Shown piece by piece: positions 1-10,645 of a DNA stretch of 64,000 nucleotides; position 1 is the stretch's first letter; the number at the start of each line of letters is the position of its first letter. The notes under the pieces are model-generated. The model searched no databases. It was not told the origin of the DNA and saw nothing but the letters and a program-made list of their open reading frames with translations. The position numbers and the translations under genes were made by a program. Where the stretch lies: the NCBI GenBank assembly GCA_965238265.1, contig OZ250185.1, forward strand, positions 4,217,497 through 4,281,496, read 5' to 3'. This DNA comes from Chloroflexota bacterium (GTDB taxonomy: Bacteria > Chloroflexota > UBA11872 > UBA12225 > JAJDUF01).

Positions 1-2
1 AG

Positions 3-155
3 GCCACGCTCTATCCTGGAATATCCTTTGAGGGATGGGTCCTGCTTGAGGTAGACATCGGAACAGATCCGCTCGTTGTCTACGATCCATCCCTCGGCGG
101 AGGTATCACTCATAATCCGGACCGCCGCTATTTCACTCTCGAGAGCGGCGAATAG
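3..155 (+). CDS. 3' end of a hypothetical protein running off the window start (resembles an Ig-like DUF4352-type C-terminus)
   Basis: Open frame ATLYPGISFEGWVLLEVDIGTDPLVVYDP...FTLESGE* ending TAG at 153-155. Confidence 0.45.
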   Translation, partial: ATLYPGISFEGWVLLEVDIGTDPLVVYDPSLGGGITHNPDRRYFTLESGE

Positions 156-245
156 GCGCAGGTTCACGCCGCACGGGCGCCGGGAGACTGGCGGACTCCC
201 CCTCTCCACAATGTAGATCGGGGAACGAGGGGTGAGACGGAGGGT

Positions 246-270
246 GGATTCCCGCGTGCGCGGGAATGAC
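246..270. repeat. REP-like palindrome family A (GGATTCCCGC-loop-GCGGGAATGAC)
   Basis: Further copies at 7433-7457, 10556-10580, 11993-12017, 32686-32710, 46929-46953; variants near 30012-30037, 31317-31342, 31378-31402, 46870-46894; all intergenic. Confidence 0.9.
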
Positions 271-351
271 GGAGGGTTGCTCTGCCCTTGGAGAGCGGGG
301 AAGGGGGCATGAAGCCGGGGGAGGACGGCCAAGGGGAGGGAGGAACCGCAC

Positions 352-825
352 ATGACCCGTGCTGTACGTAAGACCGTCTATCTAGCGAACCCCTACGGCT
401 TTTCGGCCCAGCAGCGTGCCCTGCTCCTGCCACCGCTCATTGCGGCCCTGGAAGCACTCGGACTGGAGATGTGGGAGCCGTTCGAGCGCAACAACCAGGA
501 GGGCCGGGCACTGCCGGGGTGGGCCTATCGCATCGGCCAGGCCGACTTCCGTGACGTGCGGCAGGCGGACGCGCTGTTCGCGGTGGTGAACAGCGTGCCG
601 CCGGATGAGGGCGTCATGGTCGAGCTAGGGATGGCGATAGCGCTGGGCAAGCCTACCTTTCTCTTTCGAGACGACTTCCGCCGCGCCACTGACAGCGAAG
701 ACTACCCGCTCAACCTGATGCTGTTCACCGGTCTGCCCCGACAAGGGTGGCAGCGCTACTACTACACCTCTATCGCCGAGATACCATCACCGGACAAGGC
801 CCTCGCGCCCTGGGCCAGGGGGTGA
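352..825 (+). CDS. Nucleoside 2-deoxyribosyltransferase family protein
   Basis: YLANPYGFS, DEGVMVELGMAIALGKP and LNLM motifs; SD GGAGG upstream. Confidence 0.85.
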   Translation: MTRAVRKTVYLANPYGFSAQQRALLLPPLIAALEALGLEMWEPFERNNQEGRALPGWAYRIGQADFRDVRQADALFAVVNSVPPDEGVMVELGMAIALGKPTFLFRDDFRRATDSEDYPLNLMLFTGLPRQGWQRYYYTSIAEIPSPDKALAPWARG

Positions 826-917
826 GGCGGGCAGGTGGTGGAGAACTCCCATCACTTGACTCACAGTCAGACGTAGCGCACCGGATAGCGCTCCTGATCG
901 TGCTATGATGGTGGCTT

Positions 918-3900
918 ATGTTCACGGTGCTGGACCCGGCAACGCTGCCACACATTCGCCCCTACCGCGACGAAGATGCGGAGGGCGTCGCCACTATGTG
1001 GAACGACAGCGATGGCGAGTGGCCCGGCGGCTGGACGGAGGGCACGCCCCACACCGCCGAGCGTGTACGCCGCGAGTACGCGGAAGAGCGGTTGATCGAG
1101 ACCTACCTCGCCATTGCCGACGGTCAGGTGGCCGGCTATTGCTCGTTGAGCGACAACAGCAATGACCCACCGGCCACCTGGATTCCCCTCCTGAACGTCA
1201 GTCCGCAGTTCCAGGGCCGCGGTCTCGGTCGTGATTTGCTCAAGCGCGCCCTGGCGCACACGTGCGAGCTGGGCTACCAGCGGTTGAGCCTCGGCACGTG
1301 GGCCGGCAACTTGAAGTCCATTCCGCTCTACAAGAAGACCGGCTTCTTCTGGGTACCCGATACGAGCGTGGTGATGCAGAACTTCCTGCCACTGCTGTTC
1401 GCGCTCCGGCCGGTCCAGGAGTTTCTCGACGGCGCCGACTGGTACGCAACACAGGTGCGGGACCTGTCGGCGCGCCCCGACAAGGAGCAGCGGGGCAAGA
1501 TCGAGGTCTTCACCTACGTCTGGCGCCGCGACGGGCGCGAGCTACGCGCGACGATTGACCGCCGCGCCCGGGGGGTGCTGGCGCTGGAAACCGGCCAATG
1601 GGCCATCTCGTGCGCGCTCGACGATCCCGCGGTGCCGCTCGGCGGACAGCGCACGCTCAGGTGGGAGGCACAGCACAAGCAGGCCGGCCTACTGCCGGTA
1701 ACGCTGGTCGCCGAGGCCGATACGGGACTGAGCACATCTTTCCAAGTGCGCGCCGAGGTGCGCGAGCGGCAGGTCTGGACGCAGCACGTCGCTGCCGAGA
1801 GCACCGCTGACACGAAGAAGAGAGACAACAAATCCCCACGGGTCCGCACCACGGCCATCATCGGGGATGCGGTCGTGCCGCTGGCCGTGGCCGCGCGGCC
1901 AACCAAGCCGGTGGACGTGGCGCTCGAACAGCGTTTCTGGCTCGTGCCGGAGGTGCCACGGCCGACCTGGCTGACCGTCACCAATCGCCTCGACGATCCG
2001 GTGCGCGGGTCGGTGACACTAGGAGTGACCGACGGCCTTACGCTTGCCCCGGAGGACACGGCCCCCCAGGCGTATGACCTGCCGGCCAAAGGCCGCACGG
2101 CGATCCGGGTGACGCCGCAGGCCACTCGCGCCGGCCTGCACCACCTGAGCGCATACATCGAAACGTCCCTGACTGCTGCCGGCGAGGACGACGAGCCGCT
2201 CACGCTGCCGCCCCGGACCGAGCAGTTGACGATCCCGTGTCCGGCGCCGGGCACGCTGCTAGTGCAGCGGGAGGACGACGCGATCTCCGTGCATAGCGAC
2301 CAGGTGGTGGTGCGCGCCTCGCTGAAGGATCGCTGGGGCAACCAGGGCTTTAGCGTGACGGACCGGGCGACGGGCCGCGATCTGATCTGGCAATCGTGCG
2401 CGTTCGGGCCGCCCTTCTGGAACACGGAGTCGGTACAGAAGACCTACGAGGCCGAGGTTGTCGGTGGTGGGCCGGAGAGCGGTCGGGTCGTCATCACGCT
2501 GACGGCGCAGTCCGATACCTGGCCGGGAGTCGTGTTTCGGCGCCAGCTCGCAGTCGGCGGCTCGCCGGTCATTCACGCCTGGTACGGCATCACGAACAAC
2601 GGGTGCGTACCGCGTGCCGTCCAGGTACAGGTGGAGAACGGCAATGACATTGCCCGCGCGCGTGTCGCGCTCCCGTTGCGCGAGGGCTTGGTCGTAGATG
2701 AGGGCATGCAGTTTCCGGACCTGGCCGTGTCCGAATGGAGCGCTCCCGACCAATGGGCCGAGACGTGGACGGCCGAGTATGCCGACGGTCTCGTGTCGGG
2801 GTGTGTGTGGCGCGATGCCAAGCGGGTCGAGGTCTCCTGGTCGGTGCCGTCGCTGGCCTTCGACCTCGGTGAGGTCGCGCCCGGCGAGACGCGCGAAACA
2901 CCGCCCATCGTGGTCTATGCCGGGCGCGGCGATTGGAAGGTCGTGCGCGAGCTATGGCGCAGCCACGTCTCGCCCACCACCCCGCAGGAGCCGCCACGTA
3001 CACATAAAGCGCTTACGGCCACCGTGGCACCGCTGCTGTTCGATACCCCTACGGCGACGCCGCAGCTGACCTTGACGAGCTACCGGCAGCGGGTACTCAC
3101 TGGGGACGTGTCCCTCTCCACCGGTGCCGGCGTTGACGTGACGCCGGCGGCGCTCCCATTGGCCGACCTGTCGCGCGGCAACGCCCGGAGCCGCGACCTC
3201 GGCGTGACGTTTGCGGACAACGCTGCCGGCGCGCATGACCTCACGGTGGCTATCGAGCACCAACTCTGGGATGAGCAGTACACGTTAAGCGTCATTCGCG
3301 GCGGCGACCGCCGGCAGCCGGTTACGATCACCAATACCACCGAGGGAGACCATGCGGCGATAGCCATTGACAACGGCTTGATACGGTTTCTCGTTGTACC
3401 GGAGCATCGGGGCGGCGTTGCCTCCTGGCAGGAACGCCGGGCCGATGGTCGGATGGTCGAGCACCTGCACGCGGCGCGGCCGGCCCCGGGCACCTTCGTC
3501 TGGTTCAATCCCTGGTACGGCGGGCTGACTCCCGGCCTCAGCGGCCCGGGCATGCGGCGCTCGAAACGCCCGCTCGATGAGGCCCGGTTTGCCTGGGAAG
3601 AGACGACCAGGGAAGGGCCGGGGTCTGTGCGCTGGCACGGGGTCCGGCTCACTGCCGCCCTGGAGCACGAGTCGTGCCGCGACAGCCGGTTGAGTATTTC
3701 CTATCTCACGCTGGGCCGCTCCAATCTCCTCGCCGTCCGCACGGAGTTCACCAATGGCCCGGTGCCCCTCGACGGCTACCTGACCTTCCAGTCGTTCTTG
3801 CAGGTAGACGGCGATCGCAAGGTCGGCCGCCTCTTCTACCGGCGCAACGGGTTACGCCAGGCCAAGCGCGTACACGGGGTTCATACCAGGGGCGCCGGTA

Positions 3901-4136
3901 CGTGGATGGCAGTACGCAACGACGAGACCGGGCGCACGCTTTGCGCCGTCGCCGGCTGCCACGACTTCAACATCGGGCCGCTGGACATGGGCTTGGAAGG
4001 CGCGCATCTCGTCGTCCATCACCCATTGCGGCTGGCTCCCGGCGAAACGGCGCGGGGGGTCAGCTTCTTCGGAGTGGCCGCAGACCTCGATGAAGCGCTA
4101 CGCTACGCTAACCTGACCGACGCCGGTGTGTTGTAG
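918..4136 (+). CDS. Large GNAT-domain protein (N-terminal acetyltransferase followed by about 900 aa of beta-rich domains)
   Basis: LNVSPQFQGRGLG acetyl-CoA motif and NLKSIPLYKKTGF; TGcTATGAT extended -10 at 901-909. Confidence 0.8.
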   Translation: MFTVLDPATLPHIRPYRDEDAEGVATMWNDSDGEWPGGWTEGTPHTAERVRREYAEERLIETYLAIADGQVAGYCSLSDNSNDPPATWIPLLNVSPQFQGRGLGRDLLKRALAHTCELGYQRLSLGTWAGNLKSIPLYKKTGFFWVPDTSVVMQNFLPLLFALRPVQEFLDGADWYATQVRDLSARPDKEQRGKIEVFTYVWRRDGRELRATIDRRARGVLALETGQWAISCALDDPAVPLGGQRTLRWEAQHKQAGLLPVTLVAEADTGLSTSFQVRAEVRERQVWTQHVAAESTADTKKRDNKSPRVRTTAIIGDAVVPLAVAARPTKPVDVALEQRFWLVPEVPRPTWLTVTNRLDDPVRGSVTLGVTDGLTLAPEDTAPQAYDLPAKGRTAIRVTPQATRAGLHHLSAYIETSLTAAGEDDEPLTLPPRTEQLTIPCPAPGTLLVQREDDAISVHSDQVVVRASLKDRWGNQGFSVTDRATGRDLIWQSCAFGPPFWNTESVQKTYEAEVVGGGPESGRVVITLTAQSDTWPGVVFRRQLAVGGSPVIHAWYGITNNGCVPRAVQVQVENGNDIARARVALPLREGLVVDEGMQFPDLAVSEWSAPDQWAETWTAEYADGLVSGCVWRDAKRVEVSWSVPSLAFDLGEVAPGETRETPPIVVYAGRGDWKVVRELWRSHVSPTTPQEPPRTHKALTATVAPLLFDTPTATPQLTLTSYRQRVLTGDVSLSTGAGVDVTPAALPLADLSRGNARSRDLGVTFADNAAGAHDLTVAIEHQLWDEQYTLSVIRGGDRRQPVTITNTTEGDHAAIAIDNGLIRFLVVPEHRGGVASWQERRADGRMVEHLHAARPAPGTFVWFNPWYGGLTPGLSGPGMRRSKRPLDEARFAWEETTREGPGSVRWHGVRLTAALEHESCRDSRLSISYLTLGRSNLLAVRTEFTNGPVPLDGYLTFQSFLQVDGDRKVGRLFYRRNGLRQAKRVHGVHTRGAGTWMAVRNDETGRTLCAVAGCHDFNIGPLDMGLEGAHLVVHHPLRLAPGETARGVSFFGVAADLDEALRYANLTDAGVL

Positions 4137-4329
4137 GCACGCCTCACCCCCTGACGGGCCAAAGCCGCACGGATGGTGCCAGGTGTGGTGCGGCTTTGGC
4201 CCGCCACCCGGCCCCCTCTCCATCGCCAAGCGATAGAGAGGGGAAGTCTGTCGGGGGCGGGCCGGGGGGGGCGCAGTTCCACTGACCACTGCCCGAGAGG
4301 GTGAGGACAAGATACAGGAGACGAAGACG

Positions 4330-5349
4330 ATGGTTGCCCCTATTCGCGCTGGCCTGCTGGGTACGGGACACGGCCATGCGGCCGGGAAGCTCAGTGTGAT
4401 GCAGGAGTCTGACGACTACGAGGTCGTGGGCGTGGCCGAGCCTGATCCGGGGTGGCGTGCCCTCCGTGAGCAGGAGCCGGCGTATGCCGACGCGCACTGG
4501 ATTGATGTGGCGGACCTGCTCGGTGATCCTAGTGTGCAGCTGATCGCCGTCGAGAGTGACGTGCCGCCAAATCTGGCGCTGGCGCGGCGCGCTCTGTCGG
4601 CCGGCAAGCACATTCATTTGGATAAGCCACCGGGCACCTCCCTGCCGGAGTTGCAGTCCATCCTGGCGGAGGCCAACCGCCGCGGGCTATTCGTCCAGAT
4701 GGGCTACATGTTTCGCTACAATCCCGGCTTCGAGCTGGCGTTTCGGGCCGTGCGAGAGGGCTGGCTTGGCGAGGTGTACTACCTCCACGCGAGCATGTGC
4801 AGTAGCATCCCCTTCCGGCCGGAGGACACGTCCGCCGCCGGCATGCCGCTACGCGGGCGGGGCGGGCTGGCCTTCCATCCGGGGGGCATGATGCTTGAGC
4901 TGGGCTGCCATATCATTGACCGCGTTGTCGAGCTACTCGGCCGGCCAAACAAGGTGACTCCGTACTTGCGGCACGACAGCGAGTACGACGATACGCTCGC
5001 GGACAACACCGTGGCCATCTTCGAGTACGAGCGGGCGGTGGCGGTCGTCGAGACGGCGGCAATGGAAGTCGAGCCGATGACCCGGCGGCAGTTCGAGGTC
5101 GTGGGCACCAAAGGGAGCATCGTGCTCCAGCCGCTCGAACCACCTGCTATCCGGCTGTGCCTCCAGGAACCGCGGGGCGGCTACCAGGCCGGCTGGCAAG
5201 ATGTGGATGTCCCGCACATCCCGCGCTACGAGCGCGACCTCGCAAAGCTGGCACGTGTCATCCGCGGTGAAGAGCCGATTGACTACACGACGGAGCACGA
5301 CCTCATCACCCAAGAGACCGTCCTGCGCGCCTGTGGCACCCCGCCGTAG
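4330..5349 (+). CDS. Gfo/Idh/MocA family oxidoreductase
   Basis: N-terminal Rossmann fold, GKHIHLDKP, GYMFRYNP, GGMMLELGCH. Confidence 0.88.
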   Translation: MVAPIRAGLLGTGHGHAAGKLSVMQESDDYEVVGVAEPDPGWRALREQEPAYADAHWIDVADLLGDPSVQLIAVESDVPPNLALARRALSAGKHIHLDKPPGTSLPELQSILAEANRRGLFVQMGYMFRYNPGFELAFRAVREGWLGEVYYLHASMCSSIPFRPEDTSAAGMPLRGRGGLAFHPGGMMLELGCHIIDRVVELLGRPNKVTPYLRHDSEYDDTLADNTVAIFEYERAVAVVETAAMEVEPMTRRQFEVVGTKGSIVLQPLEPPAIRLCLQEPRGGYQAGWQDVDVPHIPRYERDLAKLARVIRGEEPIDYTTEHDLITQETVLRACGTPP

Positions 5350-5364
5350 GGGCCAAGCAGGGGA

Positions 5365-5460
5365 CCGGCCCCCTATGGCCCCCCCGCTGCGGCAGGGGGA
5401 CGGCGTGTTCCCTCCCCTGTCGCAACGGGGGGAGGGCTAGGGAGGGCTAGGGTGGGGGCC
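5365..5460. repeat. Composite REP-like cluster (CCCCCTATGGCCCCCC...GGGGGAC and CCTCCCC...GGGGAGGG types)
   Basis: Related units near 7883-7920, 9566-9600 (inverted), 11900-11990 and 60369-60467; similar hairpins near 198-232, 4210-4243, 27867-27942, 59379-59420, 61428-61565. Confidence 0.75.
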
Positions 5461-5464
5461 GGTA

Positions 5465-5491
5465 TTAGCACTCGCTGGCAGCGAGTGCTAA
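5465..5491. promoter_or_regulatory. CIRCE element (HrcA operator) adjacent to the groEL promoter
   Basis: Perfect TTAGCACTC-N9-GAGTGCTAA followed by extended -10 TGcTACAAT at 5496-5504. Confidence 0.95.
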
Positions 5492-5601
5492 ATGCTGCTA
5501 CAATGGGCTGCTGAGACCGCCGCAGCCCGGTGTGGGCGTGGCCCAACCAAACGGCCCTTTTCGCGCGTTTCGGCGGAGTGCATGGATGAGGAGGATGTGC
5601 G

Positions 5602-7260
5602 ATGTCCAAGCAGTTGGTATTTGACGTCGAGGCCCGGCGTCACCTGAAAACGGGTGTGGATGTCCTGGCGGAAGCGGTCAAGACGACTCTCGGTCCGAAG
5701 GGGCGCAATGTGGCGCTCGACCAGAGCTTCGGTCCTCCGACCATCAGCCACGACGGGGTGACGGTGGCGAAGGAGATTGATCTTGAGGACCCGTTCGAGA
5801 ACATGGGCGCGCAGCTGCTGAAGGAAGCTGCGACCAAGACGAATGACGTGGCGGGTGACGGGACCACGACCGCCACTGTGATTGCTCAGACCATCGTCAA
5901 TGAAGGGCTACGCAACTTGGCGGCGGGCGCCAACCCGATGATCCTCAAGCGCGGTCTCGCGCGCGGCGCCGAGTCTGTCGTGCAGGCCGTCCGGGATATG
6001 GCCGTCGCCGTGCAGGGACGCGAAGACATTGCCAATATCGCTGCCATCTCCGCGAACGACCCGGAGATCGGTCGGCTGATCGCCGACGTAATGGATCGCG
6101 TTGGCAAGGACGGGGTGATCACCGTCGAGGAATCGCGGGGGTTGCAGTTCGAGATTGATTACGTCGAAGGGATGGAGTTCGACCGCGGCTACATCTCCCC
6201 CTACTTTGTGACCAACCAGGACACCATGCGGACCGAGCTTGAGGACCCCTACGTGCTTATCACCGAGCAGAAACTCTCATCGGTGCAAGAGCTTGTCCCG
6301 TTGCTGGAGAAGCTCATGCAGTCCGGCAAGAAGGAGCTGGTCGTCATCGCCGAAGACGTAGAAGGCGAGGGGCTGGCCACACTTGTCGTCAACAAGCTGC
6401 GGGGCATTCTCGACGTGGTGGCCGTCAAGGCGCCGGGCTATGGCGACCGCCGCAAGGAGCTACTCAAGGACATCGCGGTGCTCACCGGTGGCCAGGTGAT
6501 TAGCGAGGAAGTGGGGCGCAAGCTCGACAGCGTCCAGCTTTATGACTTGGGTCGCGCGCGCCGGGTCGTGTCCGACAAGGACAACACGACGATTATCGAG
6601 GGGCGCGGCAAGCAGGAGGACATCCAGGGGCGCATGCAGCAGATTCGCACCCAGCTCGACGAGACCACCTCGGACTACGACCGGGAGAAGCTGCAAGAGC
6701 GGCTGGCAAAGATGTCCGGTGGTGTGGCGGTGGTGAAGGTCGGGGCCGCGACGGAGACGGAGTTGAAGGAGAAGAAGCACCGCGTGGAAGATGCGTTGTC
6801 GGCCACCCGCGCGGCGATTGAGGAAGGCATTGTCCCCGGTGGCGGAGTCATCCTGATCAACGCTTCGCGCGCGCTCGACGATATCAAGCTCGATGGTGAT
6901 GAAGCGACCGGTATCGCTATCCTGCGCCGCGCCCTCGAAGAACCGATGCGACAGATTGTGCTCAACGCTGGACTGGAGGGCTCGGTCTTGGTAGATGCGG
7001 TGCGCGAGCGGCAGACCAGCGAGAATAACCGCAACTTCGGGTTCGATGTCATCTCCGAGCAGCACGTCGAGATGGTGGATCAAGGCATCACCGACCCAGC
7101 GAAGGTCACCCGGTCGGCAATCGAGAATGCGGTCTCCATTGCGTCCATGATTCTGACGACCGAGGCGCTCGTGACCCACGTTCCGGAGCCACCCGCACCA
7201 CCGGCGCCGGATCCGGACGGCATGGGGGGTGGCATGGGTGGCATGGGGGGCATGTACTAA
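5602..7260 (+). CDS. groEL: Chaperonin GroEL
   Basis: [27 protein letters not shown] motifs and GGM-repeat tail. Confidence 0.98.
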   Translation: MSKQLVFDVEARRHLKTGVDVLAEAVKTTLGPKGRNVALDQSFGPPTISHDGVTVAKEIDLEDPFENMGAQLLKEAATKTNDVAGDGTTTATVIAQTIVNEGLRNLAAGANPMILKRGLARGAESVVQAVRDMAVAVQGREDIANIAAISANDPEIGRLIADVMDRVGKDGVITVEESRGLQFEIDYVEGMEFDRGYISPYFVTNQDTMRTELEDPYVLITEQKLSSVQELVPLLEKLMQSGKKELVVIAEDVEGEGLATLVVNKLRGILDVVAVKAPGYGDRRKELLKDIAVLTGGQVISEEVGRKLDSVQLYDLGRARRVVSDKDNTTIIEGRGKQEDIQGRMQQIRTQLDETTSDYDREKLQERLAKMSGGVAVVKVGAATETELKEKKHRVEDALSATRAAIEEGIVPGGGVILINASRALDDIKLDGDEATGIAILRRALEEPMRQIVLNAGLEGSVLVDAVRERQTSENNRNFGFDVISEQHVEMVDQGITDPAKVTRSAIENAVSIASMILTTEALVTHVPEPPAPPAPDPDGMGGGMGGMGGMY

Positions 7261-7299
7261 ACCCCCGTATACGCCAAGGCACATCGGCTATGCCCTCAG

Positions 7300-7331
7300 G
7301 AGGCGACCCGCGATTGGGTCGCCTCTTCTTT
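7300..7331 (+). terminator. Intrinsic terminator after groEL
   Basis: GAGGCGACCC/GGGTCGCCTC stem followed by TTCTTT. Confidence 0.75.
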
Positions 7332-7507
7332 GTACACGGCAGTTGGTGGGCGGCGTGAGGCCGCTGAGGGACGCGCGTGTGCGGCGCGCAGTGGGCCAAG
7401 GCCTCTGTAGGGGCGTCCGTTGTGGGCGCCCTGGATTCCCGCGCAAGCGGGAATGACGGGGAGAGGACAACAAGGAGGGGGGCGTGCCGCTCGGACCGGG
7501 CCGCTAC

Positions 7508-7741
7508 TCAGGCCAGCGGCCCGATGGTGCCGCCGACGAGACCAAAGATAATCAGAACCCCTAACCAAAGGAGGAGCAAGACGACCAACGAGGCAATGGA
7601 TCGGCGCGACAGCGCGCCGCGGTCCGGGGACACCAGGACCTTGCGGTAGCGCCAGGGATCGGCAATGCCTGGGGGGCTATTGCGCGGGCCACCGGCGTCA
7701 GCCGGCTCCTGCGTAGGCGTGGGCGCCGTAGATTCATCCAT
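7508..7741 (-). CDS. Small hypothetical membrane protein
   Basis: 77 aa with one C-terminal hydrophobic helix. Confidence 0.5.
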   Translation of the reverse strand: MDESTAPTPTQEPADAGGPRNSPPGIADPWRYRKVLVSPDRGALSRRSIASLVVLLLLWLGVLIIFGLVGGTIGPLA

Positions 7742-7919
7742 AGCGAGTGTCTTTCAGCGCCGACCCCCTCCGACGGATGCACGGGGCCGAGGCCTCGTCA
7801 GCGATCAGTACCTCTGGGCTAAGAATAGAAGGGTAGCTGCCATCGTGTCAACCATAGCGGGCCATCGCTCCACTGGTCAGGCTCCGGCCCCCCTATGGTC
7901 CCCCCGCTTCGCAGGGGGA

Positions 7920-7965
7920 CGGGCGCAGCATGCTGTGTCCCTACGGCTTGGCCCGTACCTACCCT
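7920..7965. repeat. GTAG-type REP (GTAGGGGCG...CGCCCCTAC family)
   Basis: Near-identical inverted copy at about 29889-29930; related units near 7407, 19139, 29054, 30046, 32660, 40091. Confidence 0.8.
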
Positions 7966-8152
7966 TGTGAGGCCATCACTCCGGGGATAGGCCGCTGCAC
8001 GCACATCCGGCTACTCCGGCGTGGTATGCTCCCTGGTGCGGAGGGTATTGCTCTGCTCGCCGTAGGTGCGCCCCGGCTCGCGCGGCTACGAGGTGACGGG
8101 CATACTCCCTCGACGCGCCAACCCTCCAGCCACGACAGGGGAATAACCGAGA

Positions 8153-9040
8153 ATGCCACCTCCGCCAAGTGATGCACTGCTGCAGATCGGCCCGCTCGTG
8201 CTCCGTTGGTATCCCTTGCTGATTGCGCTGGGCATCTTCATCGCCATGCACCTCACGGGCCGCGAGCTGGAGCGCAAGGGCTACTCCTACGATCTGTCCA
8301 GCGCCATGGCGATCATCGTGGTGCCGCTCGCGATCATCGGAGCACGCATCTACCACGTGGCCACCGCATATAGCCACTACACCGACGATTGGGTGCGTGC
8401 CTTGCAGATTTGGCACGGCGGCATCGGGATGCCCGGCGCCATCGCTGGCGGTGCGCTGGGCCTCGTTATCGCCTCGCGCTACTATCGCCTGCCCTGGATA
8501 GTCACCTTCGACGCTATCGCTCCGGGCCTGATCCTAGCCCAGGCTATCGGACGCTGGGGGAACTATTTCAACCAGGAGCTGTTCGGTGGCCCGACGATGC
8601 TCCCGTGGGGCCTGTACGTGGATGCTGCCTACCGGCCAGCAGAGTTTGCGAACGTAGAACAATTTCACCCCACGTTTCTGTACGAGTGCTTGTGGAACGT
8701 GGCCCTGTTCGCGTTGCTCTGGTACCTGCGGCCGCTCGACCGCTGGTGGCCGCGCGGGACGGCTACGCTGATCTACCTGTCGGGCTACGGCCTGGTGCGC
8801 TTCTGGCTTGAAACGGTGCGCGTTGATCCGGCGCTGATGGTGGGGCCGATCCAGCTCGGCGAGGCCGTCTTAGGCCCCTGGCGGCACAACTTCCTGCTCG
8901 GTGGGCTGGCATTTCTGGTCTTTGGCGCCTGGCTGGCCTATCGTCTGTACACGACGTGGCGCGAGCGCGGCCCGCCGCCGCTGCCGCCGCTCTTTGCCGC
9001 GACAACGCCGGCCAGCGGGACGCGAGAGCAGCCAGGCTGA
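8153..9040 (+). CDS. lgt: Prolipoprotein diacylglyceryl transferase
   Basis: LRWY, GARIYHV, AQAIGRWGNYFNQELFG, HPTFLYE, RFWLE motifs. Confidence 0.95.
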   Translation: MPPPPSDALLQIGPLVLRWYPLLIALGIFIAMHLTGRELERKGYSYDLSSAMAIIVVPLAIIGARIYHVATAYSHYTDDWVRALQIWHGGIGMPGAIAGGALGLVIASRYYRLPWIVTFDAIAPGLILAQAIGRWGNYFNQELFGGPTMLPWGLYVDAAYRPAEFANVEQFHPTFLYECLWNVALFALLWYLRPLDRWWPRGTATLIYLSGYGLVRFWLETVRVDPALMVGPIQLGEAVLGPWRHNFLLGGLAFLVFGAWLAYRLYTTWRERGPPPLPPLFAATTPASGTREQPG

Positions 9041-9052
9041 GAGAATACGAAG

Positions 9053-9556
9053 ATGGCAGTAGCGACGGAAAATCCGCTCCAGGTGCGGGTTGCTCGCTAC
9101 GAGTGGGGCGACTCCGAGGCCGTGACCGCAGTGCGCTGCTCGGTCGGCTGGTCGACCGACACGGTTCCCGACCAGTTCCGCCGCGTTGCCGAAGGGAAGC
9201 GGCTAGTCTTGGTTGCCGAGTACGACGGCTATGCGGTCGGCACGGTGACCCTGGAGTGGACTAGCACCCACCTTCGTGCCGTCGGTGGCCAGCGCTCGGC
9301 TCATATCAGTAACCTCGTGGTCCGTCCGGCGCATCAGCGCCAGGGCATCGGTCGGGCGCTGGTGGAGGTGGCCGAAGATGCGGCACACTCGCGCGGGTAC
9401 AGTGTCGTCACCATCGGCGTTGACCAACCCAACCGCTACGCCCGGCGGTTGTACGAGCGCTGGGGCTATCAATGGCTGAAGGACACCCGCCAGCATTGGG
9501 GGATCGTCCATATCCTTGCTCGCCGCCTGCCGCTGCTCGTTGATGTGCGCTGGTGA
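9053..9556 (+). CDS. GNAT family N-acetyltransferase
   Basis: LVVRPAHQRQGIG and NRYARRLYERWGY. Confidence 0.85.
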   Translation: MAVATENPLQVRVARYEWGDSEAVTAVRCSVGWSTDTVPDQFRRVAEGKRLVLVAEYDGYAVGTVTLEWTSTHLRAVGGQRSAHISNLVVRPAHQRQGIGRALVEVAEDAAHSRGYSVVTIGVDQPNRYARRLYERWGYQWLKDTRQHWGIVHILARRLPLLVDVRW

Positions 9557-9629
9557 GGCCGGCGCCGTCCCCCTGCACAGCGGGGGGGCCATAGGGGGGC
9601 CACTACACTCTTGGGAGGAGTAGTTGAAG

Positions 9630-10523
9630 ATGCAGCTTGGCGTTGTCTTTCCGCAAACTGAGATCGGCGCCGATCCGGGCGCTGTCCGCGCCTATACGCA
9701 AGCGGTCGAGGACCTCGGTTTCGAGCACCTGCTTGTGTTCGATCATGTGCTCGGCGCGTACCCGGAGGGCCGTCGCCCGGACTGGCGCGGCGCGTACTCC
9801 CACCAGGATATGTTCCACGAGCCGTTCGTGCTCTTCGGCTACCTCGCGGCGATCACGACACGCCTCGAACTCGTGACCGGTATTATCATCCTCCCCCAGC
9901 GCCAGACGGCGCTCGTCGCAAAGCAAGCCGCCGAGGTGGATGTGTTGACGGGTGGCAGACTACGCTTGGGCATTGGTATCGGCTGGAACGACGTGGAGTA
10001 CGAGGCGCTAAACGAGAACTTCCACAACCGCGGCCGCCGCTGCGAGGAGCAGATCGCCGTGCTACGAGCGCTCTGGACACAAGAGCTAGTGACCTACGAG
10101 GGTCGCTGGCACACGATAAGCAAGGCGGGGATCAACCCCTTACCCGTACAACGGCCCATCCCGATCTGGTTTGGCGGCGGCGCAGAACCGGTGCTTCGCC
10201 GTCTCGCTCGGCTTGGGGACGGTTGGTTTCCCCAACTGCGGCCGGATGATACCGGGCGAGCGACCGTCGCGCGGCTCCGGGCATTAGCCCGTGCAGCCGG
10301 CCGCGATCCCGGCGAGATCGGCATTGAGCCGCGGCTGTCCATCGCGCAGGGCAGCGAGGACTCGTGGCGTGCCGAGCTTGCCGCCTGGCAAGACATCGGC
10401 ATTACACATCTGAGCCTGAACACGATGGGTGGCGGCTTGCGCTCGGTGGACGAGCACCTCGCCGCACTCCGCCGCGGCAAAGCGGCGCTGGAGGACCTGG
10501 TTACTGGCACTGGCTCGCCCTAG
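9630..10523 (+). CDS. LLM-class, probably F420-dependent, oxidoreductase
   Basis: FDHV, HEPFVLFGYLAA, LPQRQTALVAKQAAEVD, GIGWNDVEYEAL; F420 dependence inferred from family. Confidence 0.88.
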   Translation: MQLGVVFPQTEIGADPGAVRAYTQAVEDLGFEHLLVFDHVLGAYPEGRRPDWRGAYSHQDMFHEPFVLFGYLAAITTRLELVTGIIILPQRQTALVAKQAAEVDVLTGGRLRLGIGIGWNDVEYEALNENFHNRGRRCEEQIAVLRALWTQELVTYEGRWHTISKAGINPLPVQRPIPIWFGGGAEPVLRRLARLGDGWFPQLRPDDTGRATVARLRALARAAGRDPGEIGIEPRLSIAQGSEDSWRAELAAWQDIGITHLSLNTMGGGLRSVDEHLAALRRGKAALEDLVTGTGSP

Positions 10524-10645
10524 CCCTCCCCCGCGCTAACGCACAAGGGGAGGGTGGATTCCCGCTTGCGCGGGAATGACGATGGTGAGGGGCACTATTA
10601 CTGCAAATATAGTTGACATAAGTAAGGGCATGCGGAGGGCGAGAT

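Noticed and set aside
8020-8152. Possible riboswitch in the lgt leader
   Set aside because: A TGgTATGCT box suggests a leader of about 115 nt, but I recognise no riboswitch consensus
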